From Raillietiella orientalis (Eukaryota), in contig JAYWIR010000040.1 of assembly GCA_036172245.1 (NCBI GenBank), positions 1,550,001 through 1,614,000 on the forward strand: a DNA stretch of 64,000 nucleotides, written 5' to 3'. This document shows positions 40,901 through 52,528 of the stretch, piece by piece. The position numbers and the translations under genes are program-made. The notes under the pieces are model-generated. The model was not told the origin of the DNA. It made no database searches and worked only from the letters and a program-made list of their open reading frames with translations. Each line of letters starts with the position of its first letter. Position 1 is the stretch's first letter.

Positions 40901-43900
40901 CCGCGGAGTGCAGCTGCAAGCAGTTCGTGTTTTCATCTGGGACATCGCTCAGTCAAGAAATGCAGTCGTGCTGATCGCTGTCCGCTTCGCCTCGGTTATC
41001 TTGAGAAAAAGACGTCACGTAAAGTTCAAGTCGTGAATCGGCGTGGACCGTGGACCTCCTCGAATCTGGAAGCCCTTTCGGAAACGGAACGGCCGTGCGC
41101 ACCGAGCAGTCGGGTGCACTGAGTTGGAAGAGCGGAGACTCAAAAAGTAGACTTTTGAGTGCAGTCACGACGCTAGGACGAGTTTCTGATGACTACCCAC
41201 TGTGCGGTTCCTCTGGCAACCGCTTCCTCGATCCCCACACCTCGTAGGAAGGGCAACACCTTCCGATTCGGTAGTGTGCTGATGTACAGGAATTCTGCAA
41301 GCTACTGGTGCGATTTTGCTGCCTCTGGGTTTCGTCCTCGAAGGGATTATACGATTCCCATCATTAAGAAACGAGACATACGTACACATAAAAATGCATG
41401 CAGTCTAAAGTTCCGTAAAAAAAGAAAGAAAAGGAGAAAGGAGTGCTCATTAGCGAACCCCGTTCGACACCACACTTTTTTTTTTATTTGAAAAAGGCAA
41501 AGAGATAAAATGAAACCGCGAACTCTACTTCCGATAGGAACCTTTGCGCAGTTTCGTACAAATGATCAGAATGTACACTACCTGGAGAGAAACGATCTCT
41601 CCGATGATTCCAGCCACTTGAACCGCCGCCTTGGCTCGGCTTCCCTCCTGGCGGGAGCCAAAATCAACAATGGCGAACCCAACAATCGCGCTTTATTTGT
41701 GCCCGAGAGCGCGCGGCGCCGTGCAGGGGTGCCACGATCATCTGGCGAGACGAGCCGACGGTCCCAATCTTTGCAGCTCCACCCACCCCACCCACCCCAC
41801 GTCGGGCAGGCGAATCCACCCGGGCTGGTCTTGAACCGGTGGTGTTGTGCGCCCCTGTCGATTGCGGAAAGCAGATCGCGCATTTTCATGTTGGCGGGAA
41901 TGCCGTCAGCGCCAGCAGCAAGAACGAGAGGAATGAGAGCTCGACAGGAGCTGCCTCGTACGAATCGCCTCGTACAGCAGGGAAGGCTTCACGAGCGGGC
42001 TGTACGAATCGCGCGCGTGTTGTACCGAGTTTCCTGTTGCCAGATCAACGGGCCCTCGGCGAAGACAGGTGATGAGCAAGATGCAAGGCGTTCAGGTGAA
42101 GCCCAGAAACGCAGTGAAGCGCGAGCAGGGGGGGGGGGGGTTGCGGGTTGCTCCGACGAAGCTTGTTGGCGTCTTCCTTTTCCTGAAGAGAGCGGATTCT
42201 CCGAAAAGCACGCCAGGGTGTCTCCAGGCGCCGCTTTGGGAGGATGCGTCCTGCTCAGAGAGATACCCGTTCGTCTTGTCGTCAAGATTTCGCGAGCGGC
42301 AAAGCAGCGTAACGCCTGATGGCGCGCGGTAAATGAACCGGTAGGGCACGGTTTTTCCGCTCCTCAAGGGTGCACTGGCATCCCTGCATGCTGCACAGGA
42401 AGCCGCCGCCGTGCAAGGATGGAGCGAGATGGCGTCCGGAGCCCCGGACTTGCACGGCTTTTCCGCGCGTCTCTTCGGAACGGAAAATGACGTCACGATC
42501 CACTCCCAGGAAGAAACGCGTGAGCAGTGCAGCGGCGGCGGCGGCGGAGGGACTTGCTCCCCCCTCCTGAGTGTGTGTTTGTGTGTATGTGGGGGTCTCC
42601 CTCATTCTGGGAGACTCGTTCTTTGGCAGCCGATCCTTTCGTCCTTTCTTCACGACCTCGCGCTTCGCGTCCTTGCGAAAAACGGTTCCCCCTCCTGCTT
42701 TCACTCCCTCTCCCGAGTTCCCTTCGAGTGGGGGCCCCCACGCCTCCCGTTATTTCCGGAGTCTTCTCCCCCGTGCCGGTGAAATGGAAACCGGTTCTAT
42801 TTTCGCCTGCTCCACATTCGGCAGCAGGGAGAGGTATTCCCCTTCCCTGGGAGCTCCTGACCGCGGCCGGATGCGCGCGTCTCTCGCGCGGTTCGCGGGG
42901 GGGCGGCACGGAGGCCGTCGGAAGGCGGCGAGCCGATCAGAGGTCATTTCAGGTGGCCAGGTCACCTTGGGAGGGGCTCGCGGAGTCACGCCGCCGCCGC
43001 GCGCGCCCCCCGCGGCTACGCAAATCCTCCTCCCTTCCGGAAATCCAGCACGCGGGCCAGCAGGTGCACGACGTGGCGGTGAGTCCAGGGAGGCAACTCG
43101 GGAGAACCTTCGACTTCCGAGGGGCGCGAACCCCCAGCCATTTTTCGAGGCTCGCGTCCCACGGCAGCGGTAGCGGCGAGTCTCCGACCGCCGGCCCCAG
43201 AGGGGAGCGCATCCGGACCACTTACCATCCGCCCGTGAGTTCCTGCTCGAACTTGCGTCCCTCTCCCTTCCTCCCCCCCCCCCCCCCCCTCCGGAAGGCC
43301 CGAGATGCATCCACCGCTGCTCCGCCCATCAAGGAGGAAAGGGTGGAGGCAAGGGGCGGGAAGAAACGCGTGCAGCACTCGGGAGGCACGCCGATGCGGC
43401 TTCTTCCGCGTGCCGCGCGCGATGACTATCCAAGCAACAAGGAAGCACCCCAAAGGTCGCGCGTCGGTCGCCCCACCTCGCCTGAAGCTCACGCGCGGCG
43501 TGAGCGACCGGAGACGCGCAAGAGGTGTGGGATGCGCGGACGCCGAGCAGCAGCAGCAGCACGATAATCGCTTGAAAACAGCACGCCAAGAAGAGGGCGT
43601 TAATGGCGACGGCCCATTAGTAACGGCACGTTAATACGAGCTCGTTAGGCTCCTCCGCTTCCGCGCCACGCCGGCAGATTCTTTCCCGAGCTGGCGGCGG
43701 CGCCGAGTTCGCGAAGAAAAAGGCCAGCCGCGCCCCGCCGCTTTTCCGGCGCTGCCCCGGACTTCCGGGCTGGAGCCTGGGGTCGGAACGTAGCACCGCT
43801 CCCGATGCTCCCACCTCGGGGCCGCGTGGCACCAACGGGCAAGGCAGGGGGGCGCGTGCACGCAAGGACGCGCAGGTATGCGGCACGTTACGCACAAGCT

Positions 43901-46900
43901 GACACGCGCAGGCAAGCGAGAACGCGTCGTAAAACAAATAAAACGATCAGAACGGCCGTGCGGAAACGTACTTTGCGAGGGTCGGCAGAGGGCGACCCCA
44001 TCTCCGGATGGGGCCCGTGCGAGGGCAGCCTGCTCGAAGCGAGTTTTCCCGGTGCCGTTCGAGCACGCCGGCCGCTGAGCGAAGCGGCCAAATGCCGCCG
44101 CGGCCCCTCGGAACGACCTCCCGCAGTAACACACCCAGGAGGGCAGGCCCCCGTTGACAACGCGCAGTGCCTCTTGAGCTGCAGGCGCTGCCTTCCTCCC
44201 TGCGCGCGCGCCACGAATCGTCCTCGCTGACATTCACGAGCAAGTTCAAAGGTTGCCGGCGCTGGGGCGCCCTCCGCTGGTCCCGAAAGCAGCTGGAAGC
44301 GGAAGGGGATGCGTGCAAGGAACATTATCCACTCTGCGGCGGTTCCAGCGAGGAGGGAGGGAGAGGGGGGGGGGTCGAACGCGCCCGTAGCGGCGGCATT
44401 TGTCAGAGGAGGAGGCAGGGACGCACACCGCGAGGCAGCTGCTGCGGAGAGGAGGCTGCGGGAAAACGGGATAATGAAGGGCACATCCACCTCGCCCATG
44501 CCCTTCCCTGCCACGAGTGGGGAAGACAACAGCGGATCAAGAAAAACAGGAGGGGAAAGGACGGGGTGTAGGAAACGCGACCTGGCGCGGGGGGCAGCTA
44601 CGGAACGCTCGCCGCAACAAAGCGGCGGCGCTGCCTCTCCCTCGTTCTATTAATAGGAGAGCAGCCAGCCAAGCGCACTGCGCGCCGCTCCCTTCCAGAG
44701 AACGACGCCCCGTTCCCAACGCCAACCGTTGGCCAGGAAATCCCTCCCGAACGGGCGGAGGGTAAGGGAGGGAAGGAGGGAGGGCTGCTGGTGGGGGAAA
44801 GAAAAGCTGCGGATTCGCACCCAGCCCCTACTCCTGTGGCAAGCTCTTCCTTCCTTCATACGCTCCTTCCCAGCCCCCGCAAAGGAGAAAAGCTTCTTCC
44901 GGCTCCTCTCTTAACACGGGACGGAGCCGGGTTCCCGATCCTCCTCTCCCGATCGGCGGGGAGTATCCCTGTCCCCTCGCTCTTCCGGACGTGCTGCTTG
45001 AGAACCGCGACGCAGCCCGGAGATCCGGCAGCGTTCAGGCGCCGGGAAGCAACGCCAGAAGGATCCAGATGGGCTGGATTGGTGAAAGACCCGCGAGGTT
45101 CGTGGTGGACGCCGGCCGGAGAGGAGCAGACCGGCTCCGAGCAGTGGTGCCTCTGGGTGAGCCGACAGATGCCCCTGATCGCCCTTCCCCCCTGGAGAGA
45201 ACCCTATGAATGGTGGTCACCTGGAACCCGGTTCGTACCCAGTTCACCGTTCGCTGGAAGAAATCCCCGCGTTCGATCTTCAGGGCGAGCCGGATGCTGC
45301 GAAGCGCATCCCAGGCAACGAGGTGAATGGTGAGGGAAGATCCTCTCGCTACACGGATGCGCGTGTCGCAGAAACACTTCATGTACACAACACACACACA
45401 TGCGCGCATTTGACGCAAACGTCGTGGATACTCTCTCGCTCGTAGTGTGATGGTGCACATGCCATGCATGCGAATGCGCACAAACGAAGTTCCCGTGAGG
45501 AGTTTTTTTTTTTTTCTCACCAAATCCTGAAAAGGGTGCTCCACGAAATGGAAGCGCTACCGGAGACTACCCTCCGAGTAGTCGATGAGGGTGCCCGACA
45601 GGTACATCTCCAAAAATCGCGTACATGTCATGAGATCGCATCCTGCTGGAATTGAATGTGTTTGGCTCAAGAGAGCATGCATTGTTGATGATGTGCTAAG
45701 CCGCCATGGCGGAAGGAGCAAGAGCAGCCCGCGACCGTAGCTGTGGTACTCGGAGAGCAGTAACCGGAAACGCTTCCGCTCTCGAGCTCTCGTGTTCGTG
45801 GCTCCATCTCTTCGAGGCGAGGCAAACGAGACCCTCGTTTGTATTCTCCTGAACAGATGGAGCCGTAACCACGAGCCGACGCGAGATTTTTTTTCGTCTG
45901 AAACGATTCAGGGGGGTGGTGACGGTTTTGTCGCACGCGTAGGAGCAGAAGGAAACGAAACGACGGCAGCGAAAAAGAACAGATCGAAGAAAATGAGTAA
46001 ATGGGTGTCAAGAGAGTACAGTGCGGGCTAAGGAAGTTGGAGTAGGGGTTCGTACGAGACGATGGGAAAAAGTTCGGCTTGTACGCTCTCACTGCATGGG
46101 TCCAGAAGACGCAAAGTTTCCCGAAAACCGAGACACATCGGGAAAGCGCGAAGGTACGACGACGAATGCTCGCTGCAGATGTTGGAGCGAAGGCGCTGAT
46201 GATCGCGCAAACCTTCGAGCTGCGCGCCTCTCGAATCGCATCGACGGCACACCGTGGTGGTAGCAGCAGCAGCAGCTGCTGTGGAAACAGCGAGGAAAGG
46301 GGTAGGAGGAGGAAACGTGGGGATGCAGATGCCCGAAAGTACGAGACGAAAGAGCTGGGCCGTCCCCCATCCCGCCCACCCCCTCCTCCAGAATCTTTAC
46401 ACTTCACCGTCGTCATCGCCCGACACGAACAGAAGAGTGCATGCACGCAAAGACTACATGAGTTTGGCGGCGGTAATACTCGGGAGGCGCCCGAAGGCGG
46501 GGACGAAGGTGAGCGGGGGAGCTCACCTTGCTTCGGGACGCAAGGGCTGGTTCTCCTTCCGGCTTTCAGCGGTGGCGGCAAGCGCTGGAGACATTTCGCG
46601 CGCGCTTCCCAACAAAAGCTGATGATGGTCGAAGATGACGTGCAAAGAGGGGAAGGAGACAAAAGAAGGCGGCAGAGAAAGAAAGGAACGAGTTTGGGCG
46701 CCTTGAACGCTCACGAGCCGTCGGCGTCGAGAGAGCGCGGGAGAGAACGCGCATGCGCGCCGCTCGCGGAGGAAGGAGGCGGAGGCGGATCCCGGGAGAA
46801 AAACGCTCGATGGGCAAGCGCTAGGCACGCCCTCGGCGGCGCGTCCCTCTTCTCCTCGCGAGGGGGGAAGACGAGGGAGCAGCGGAGCGGCTGCACTCTG

Positions 46901-49046
46901 CAACCGCGACACCGCTGTTGCCAGCGGCCCTCCAAAAGGATGCGGATGCCTCGGGTGCCTCGGGCCATCGTCACGGAAGGGGGGGAGGGAGCAGGCGGAC
47001 TTTGATCACCGTTCCCGAAGAGGGAATGTGCGGAACTGCACGTGACGAAAATCACGAAATGCTCACAAAAGAAAAGAGGAGAGAGAGAGAAAAAAAAACA
47101 AAACACGAAAAAAGGGGTGAAAAGCGAAAGCGAAAATGGAGAGATGAATGACACGGCAAACGAAAGCGGAAAACAAACATGGAAACGGAAACTGAGGGAG
47201 GGGACGAAAATCAACATCGAAAACGGAAAACCAGAAAACGCAAACAGAAATGGAACAAGAAAACCGAGCCGGCACGGCACACGTGAACACGGCACATAAG
47301 AATGGGGAGTGGGAAAACGAAAAGTAAAACGAAAAAAAAAAAAAAAGATGGTTTGAAAACTGAAGGTGGAAGAGAATGGGAAGCTGGAACGGGGGCCCAC
47401 GGCGCGCTGCGAGTCGCCAGCAAACCCGCGCGCCACCTGCTCCGCTCGTCTGCGGACGGCCCGTCCGTCTGCGCACGCCGCCCGCGGAACGCACCTGCCG
47501 GACCGAGCAGGGGGAGCACCCACGTAAGGGGGAGGAGGGAGGAGGACCGAGGCGGTGGGTGTGAGAAAGTGCGCCCGAGAAAGGCGGGGGCGGCGGCGAT
47601 GCCGCGACTCCGCCTGCTCGACGCGCGCGCGCCACGGGCGCCTCCCGCGGCGGGCGTACGAAGCGTCGCTGGGTCCGACCAGGCGGCGCTGCCGACTCGC
47701 GCGGCTCGGGGGAGAGGCGGCGGGCGGTGCCGTGCGCGTCTCCTGCGGTCGGCGTCATCCCCTGGGGAGAGCCGGGTGCGAGCCGCTGCAGGAGGAGCGG
47801 CTCGGTGACCCCGGCGGCACGCAGATGGCGCTTCCGCCGTAAGCAGCGGTCGCTAGCGAGCGGGGAGGGGAGGAGGGAATGCCCCCACCGCCGCCGCTTC
47901 CGGATCGCAGCGGCTCCCCACCCGCCCATCCTCGCGCATGCGTGGTCGCCCGCCATCGCAGCAACCGGTGGCGACGAGTCCCTTCCGAGCAACCGCCTGA
48001 GGATGGCAGGCAGAAGGCGGTGGGTGCTGAGGGTGGGGGGAAGGAACTCCAACCCGATTCCGGCTGAAGGGCGCTGGCCTCGCTCGGAAGGTCCACAACC
48101 CCAGCTCTGCCGCCGGAACTCTCCGCGGGAGCGGAAGAGAGGTCGCGCGTGATCCCCCTCGTAGAACGCAGCCGAGGGCGGGTGGGGAGACGGCGACCTT
48201 GACCTTCTCGCAGGCTCCTGCCCCGGAACCTCGGTGCACGCTTGCGTGCTCCTCCCGGAACCCCGCGGTTTCCTCGGGAACCGAAAGGCTCGCGGTAAGG
48301 AGGACGAGATTCCGGGCTCTGTCCGTTGCCAAGCGACGATGAGGCCGACGGGCTCATGCGGTGGCGCGCACGCCCCGCTTCGCACAAGGGAAGTCGCTCC
48401 TCCAAGAAGTCAGCGGTCAGTCATCGCTGTCTCTCCTTCTCCGTGTACGCTCTCACTCTCAGTCACCGGCTGGCGTCCGCTGCTATCGCCCGTGCGTCGC
48501 GTGGAGCGTCTTGCGACCCTCGCGCGCGTCAATCCCCCGCCGCTGACCCCGCGCGTACACGGCGGCAAGTTGCAGCACCAGTGGCCGCGCGCACGCAGAG
48601 ATGCGGCACACGTGACCCGGGCACACGTACGCGACGCCGACACGTACGGTGATCGCTTCGCCCGCGCGCGATGGAAGCTGAGGAAGGCACCAGCAGGTAG
48701 GCGGCCGGCCGCCCCCTCGCCTGCTTTTCATCTGCGGGAGGAACTTCGACTTCCGGCACGCACGCGCTACATAGGCGGCGCCGGGAGGCGCAGCGGCCTC
48801 CACCTGCCGTTGGATTCCCCTTACCGGCACTCGAGAGTCGACGGCACGAACTGCTCGGTAGCAAAAAAGCGCGCCCGAGTGGCGCTAGGGGAGCTGCAGG
48901 CGTCGGGCGCGCGCTCGGCGCCTAGGAGCTGGCAACCCCGGCGGGGAGCGATTGCGCGTCAGCGCCGCCGCTGCTGCCGCGCGCGTAGGGAAGGAGGGAG
49001 CCGCCGCATGATGGGGGGGGGAGTAAAATGGAGGCGCGGAACCGTC

Positions 49047-49119
49047 CTCAGGGGCGGCGACGCGCACTTGACAACACTGCGTCAACGAGTGCGACTCCAC
49101 TGGATGGCGGCGGTCAACC
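49047..49119 (+). repeat. dispersed repeat copy 1 (gag-like remnant), homologous to 52456-52528
   Basis: Ungapped hand alignment gives 58/73 identities with the reverse complement of 52456-52528. Translates DAHLTTLRQRVRLHWMAAVN. Confidence 0.75.
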
Positions 49120-52100
49120 AAACGCGCCGCGGGGCGGTGGTCGCGATCCCAAGGACTACCACCACGATCACCACCCCTCGCTCCGGGAAGCCACGCCTCC
49201 GGAAAGCCTCCCAGTTGGACCCGCCGATCACCGCGAGCTCGCAGAAACAGTAGCCGCCGACCCCGCAGGGAATCGGACTGCAGGGGTGCGCGCGACCCAG
49301 CAGCCCACGGACAGCGCGAACCCCGAGGGGACCATTGCGACCCGCCCTGCGGTGGCAATCGAATCATCTCCCTCCCCTCCCCGCTCCAGGCTCTCCAGGT
49401 AGGTACCCAGGAGGCGGAGACCATGGACCCACTGGATGCCCCCGGATCGTGTTCGTCTGTTTGCGGATTTCCTTTGTTTGTCCCTACATAAATAATCAGC
49501 GCTTATCCAGGAGCACTTTATGTGCTCCGAAAACAGAAGAGCCGAACGTCAGCAAGCGAGTCCCCTGACCCACGCAGCAGCAGCAGCTCCGCGCCGCAAA
49601 GCTCTCGTATCTCCTCAAGTTACACCTTGAATCCTCCACCAGCGTAACCGTTCACGATGTCCCCCGTTCCGGGCGTTTCCTTCCGCGAACTCCAGACCTT
49701 TTTCTTTTCTTTTTTCTTTTTTTTTTTCTTTCTTTCTTTCTTTCTTTCGTTTCGCTTCGGCGTCCAGCTTTCCTCCCCCGGTGACCGCCTCGATGTCTTC
49801 CGCGGGCGCACGGAGCTTTCGGAAACCTCCGACACTGCGATCTCGTCGCTCGGGTTATCAAGCGCCCATCTTCGCCCGCAATCTAATCTAATACAGGAGT
49901 TTGCCTACATCTCCGGCACTATCTTATCAAAGCTGCGAACTCATTTTCCTTTCCCTTCTTCCCTTTTTGCTTTCTGTTTTTCTTTCAGTTTCTTTCAAGC
50001 AGACGCTTCCTATTTCGTTTCCCTCGTAGTCGTTTACCTGCCACAATTTTCTTTTTTTTTTTTTTTTTTTTTCTTTTACGCCTGTTCTATCGGCCGGCAA
50101 TTCATTCGCTTTGCCGCTGCACAGTCCGTTAAAAAATCACCGAGGCCAGACCTGCGCCCCCCACGTGCATGTGCGTCTGCAGTAAAAGGAAAAGGAAAAA
50201 AAAACTCTGAAAACACACAAAAAAATACACATACACCAAGAAAAACACTCGTGAGCGGAAGCGGCTCCATCCGGCACGGTAACGAGCGCTTGCCTCCAGC
50301 CTAGGCTTCGCGGTTTCCAACGCGCGTGCAGAACAGGGGAAGCAGTGTTGCCAGGGCATCAGCCGCGCTCAAAACAAATCTGGGGGGAGGGGAGTTCGAC
50401 GAAGCTTCGTCCACCTCCATGCCGTCTTCTAAATCATTCAGCGGGCTTGGGAAAGATGTCATCACAGTAACCTGTTGGTGGTGGCCCATGCTGCACGACT
50501 GCACGGTGGCTATTTGCAAAACGACACGCACACACGCACACATGCAATGCGAGAGGAAGTACTTCACCTTTGCCTCGGTTCATAACTCTTCCCGGAATTG
50601 ACCAGATGTGCATTTGACAACTCTGGAATGATAAAACGAGGAAATTTTCTTTTGTTCATCATGGTAACAAATCAGATAGGAAATTTATTGTCCATTCAAA
50701 ACGCTATCTGATTGACACAAATTCAACAAACGTGAAGCAAAAATACGAATGACCTTCATAAATTCTTGTGCCTGCACCGGTCGGAAGGGGGGGTTGGGGG
50801 TTGGGGAGAGGAGGGAATCTAACTTCAACAATGAGGTTCTAAAGCAGTGGTTTGTTTATAGAACGGTTATGGATACCCCCAACCCCTAATTGAAACATGC
50901 AGACGTTCCCTCCATGTGTACCGCGACTCCTTGGCTGAAATGAGCGATCCGAGGCGCCATTTGCTCGGGAAGCGTTTCATCTTGCGTTTAAGGGTTCGCT
51001 TCTCGGCCTTTTGGGCCGAGATCAAAGGGATCGGGCTGCTTGCATCCCCAAGATTCCAATCGGTCTCTTTCAAACATGATGTGCGCAGCTCGGAAAAAGT
51101 TTTGCTTTTGTTTTTGCCTTGGCCTTGTTGTGCCTTTCGCTCCTTCGGAAAAGGAGATCCGACGCGGAGCAGAAAAAAAGAGAAAGAAGAAGAAAAAAAA
51201 AAAGGGGTAAGCTAGGAATTTCCCATTTCCTCGAAGTGAGGCGAGACGGACGGACGACGACGGGCAGGAGAGGTGATTCATCCCGCCAATCTGCTGGCCG
51301 AGAGAGCGCCCGCCCAGGTGCCACGGGGAAGCGCCCGAGAGAGGGGTCAGGCTCGGGAGGAGGGAGTGCCCAGCTCCCCGTCCCCGTTGCAATCCTCCCT
51401 CAGAAGCACGCCGGGAGAGTTCGGAACTATCGGGAGAGCTGGAGGGAGCGGGGTGCCCCGGTGGACAAGAGCTGTCCCTTGTGGATCCGGGAAAAAAATG
51501 AGTTTGGTGGTGCGGCGCCGTGTGGCCTCTCCGTGGTTCCGCTGAAGACCTCCTCCTGCGCCAGCCAGAGAACGATGTGCCGGATCGGGACCTGGGCAGG
51601 GGCGATCGCTGTCCTCGGACTCAACGATTCCGAGGCGGAGGTCTTTGGATACCTCCGGCAGCTGTGTGACTCGTCGTGCTTTCCGAGAAGGCTGATCGCG
51701 TGGGCGGGCAGGTCGGGAGGGGCGGCGGCGCGCCCGAGACGAACGAGCGCGCTCGCCTTACCCTTTCATGCGACCCCACGTCGCTGCCAACGTCGCCGTC
51801 TCCGGTCTCGTGGCTGCCGGCGTTTCAACCTCCTTGCAGGTCACGCGGCTCACGCTTCTCCGGGAGGCGCTGCTGGCCCGCCGACGTCGGGACGCGCGGA
51901 GCGGAGCTTGGAACCCTGCCCGGGGACGTGCTGGGTTAGCTGGAAGCGAGTGCTCCTCGCGAGTGGGAGACCGAACCGCTTCCCGGGGGATGGAGGGGGG
52001 GGGAAGGATACTCCATTGCAGGGAATCTTGCACGCAGGATTTCTCCTCATGGCTTTTCCCTCTCCTGCATCTTCCTAGCTGGTTGCTCCCTCTACCTACT

Positions 52101-52455
52101 CCGATCTATGCCTCGAGTTCCTTCCAGCCTCTCATACAGCAGGTGTCTGTCCGCCTACCTCGTGGGGTCGACAAGCGCCTGCGGTACCTCGGTGGCGTCT
52201 TGAAAGTCAGGGGGAGCTGACCACCTCGTCCGCGACCGCGAGCAGACTTCTCCCGACCCCTCCGAGGCGGGGATCCCTAAGGAGTGAATGCCTTCCCCGT
52301 CTTGCACCATCCCAGCTAACGTCGCAGGCTCCCTGCTCTTCCTCGGTTTGGGGGGAATGAAAGGGCTTCCCTGACCTCTCGCCTGCCCCTCGTTCTGTTG
52401 GAGGAGTTTGGGTAGCCACCACCGCTCCGGGTCTGAGAGCCGCCCCGCGGTTTCA

Positions 52456-52528
52456 GGTTGACCGTCGCCATCGCGTGACATTGCATCCGTTGGCGCAGTG
52501 TTGCCAAGTGCGCATCGCTGTCCCCGAG
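52456..52528 (-). repeat. dispersed repeat copy 2 (gag-like remnant), inverted relative to copy 1
   Basis: Translates DAHLATLRQRMQCHAMATVN; 58/73 nt identity to 49047-49119. Confidence 0.75.

Noticed and set aside
50301..50567. Protein-like minus-strand frame (PSPLNDLEDGMEVDEASSNSPPP)
   Set aside because: No family recognised and no convincing linked exons; cannot be supported as a CDS.
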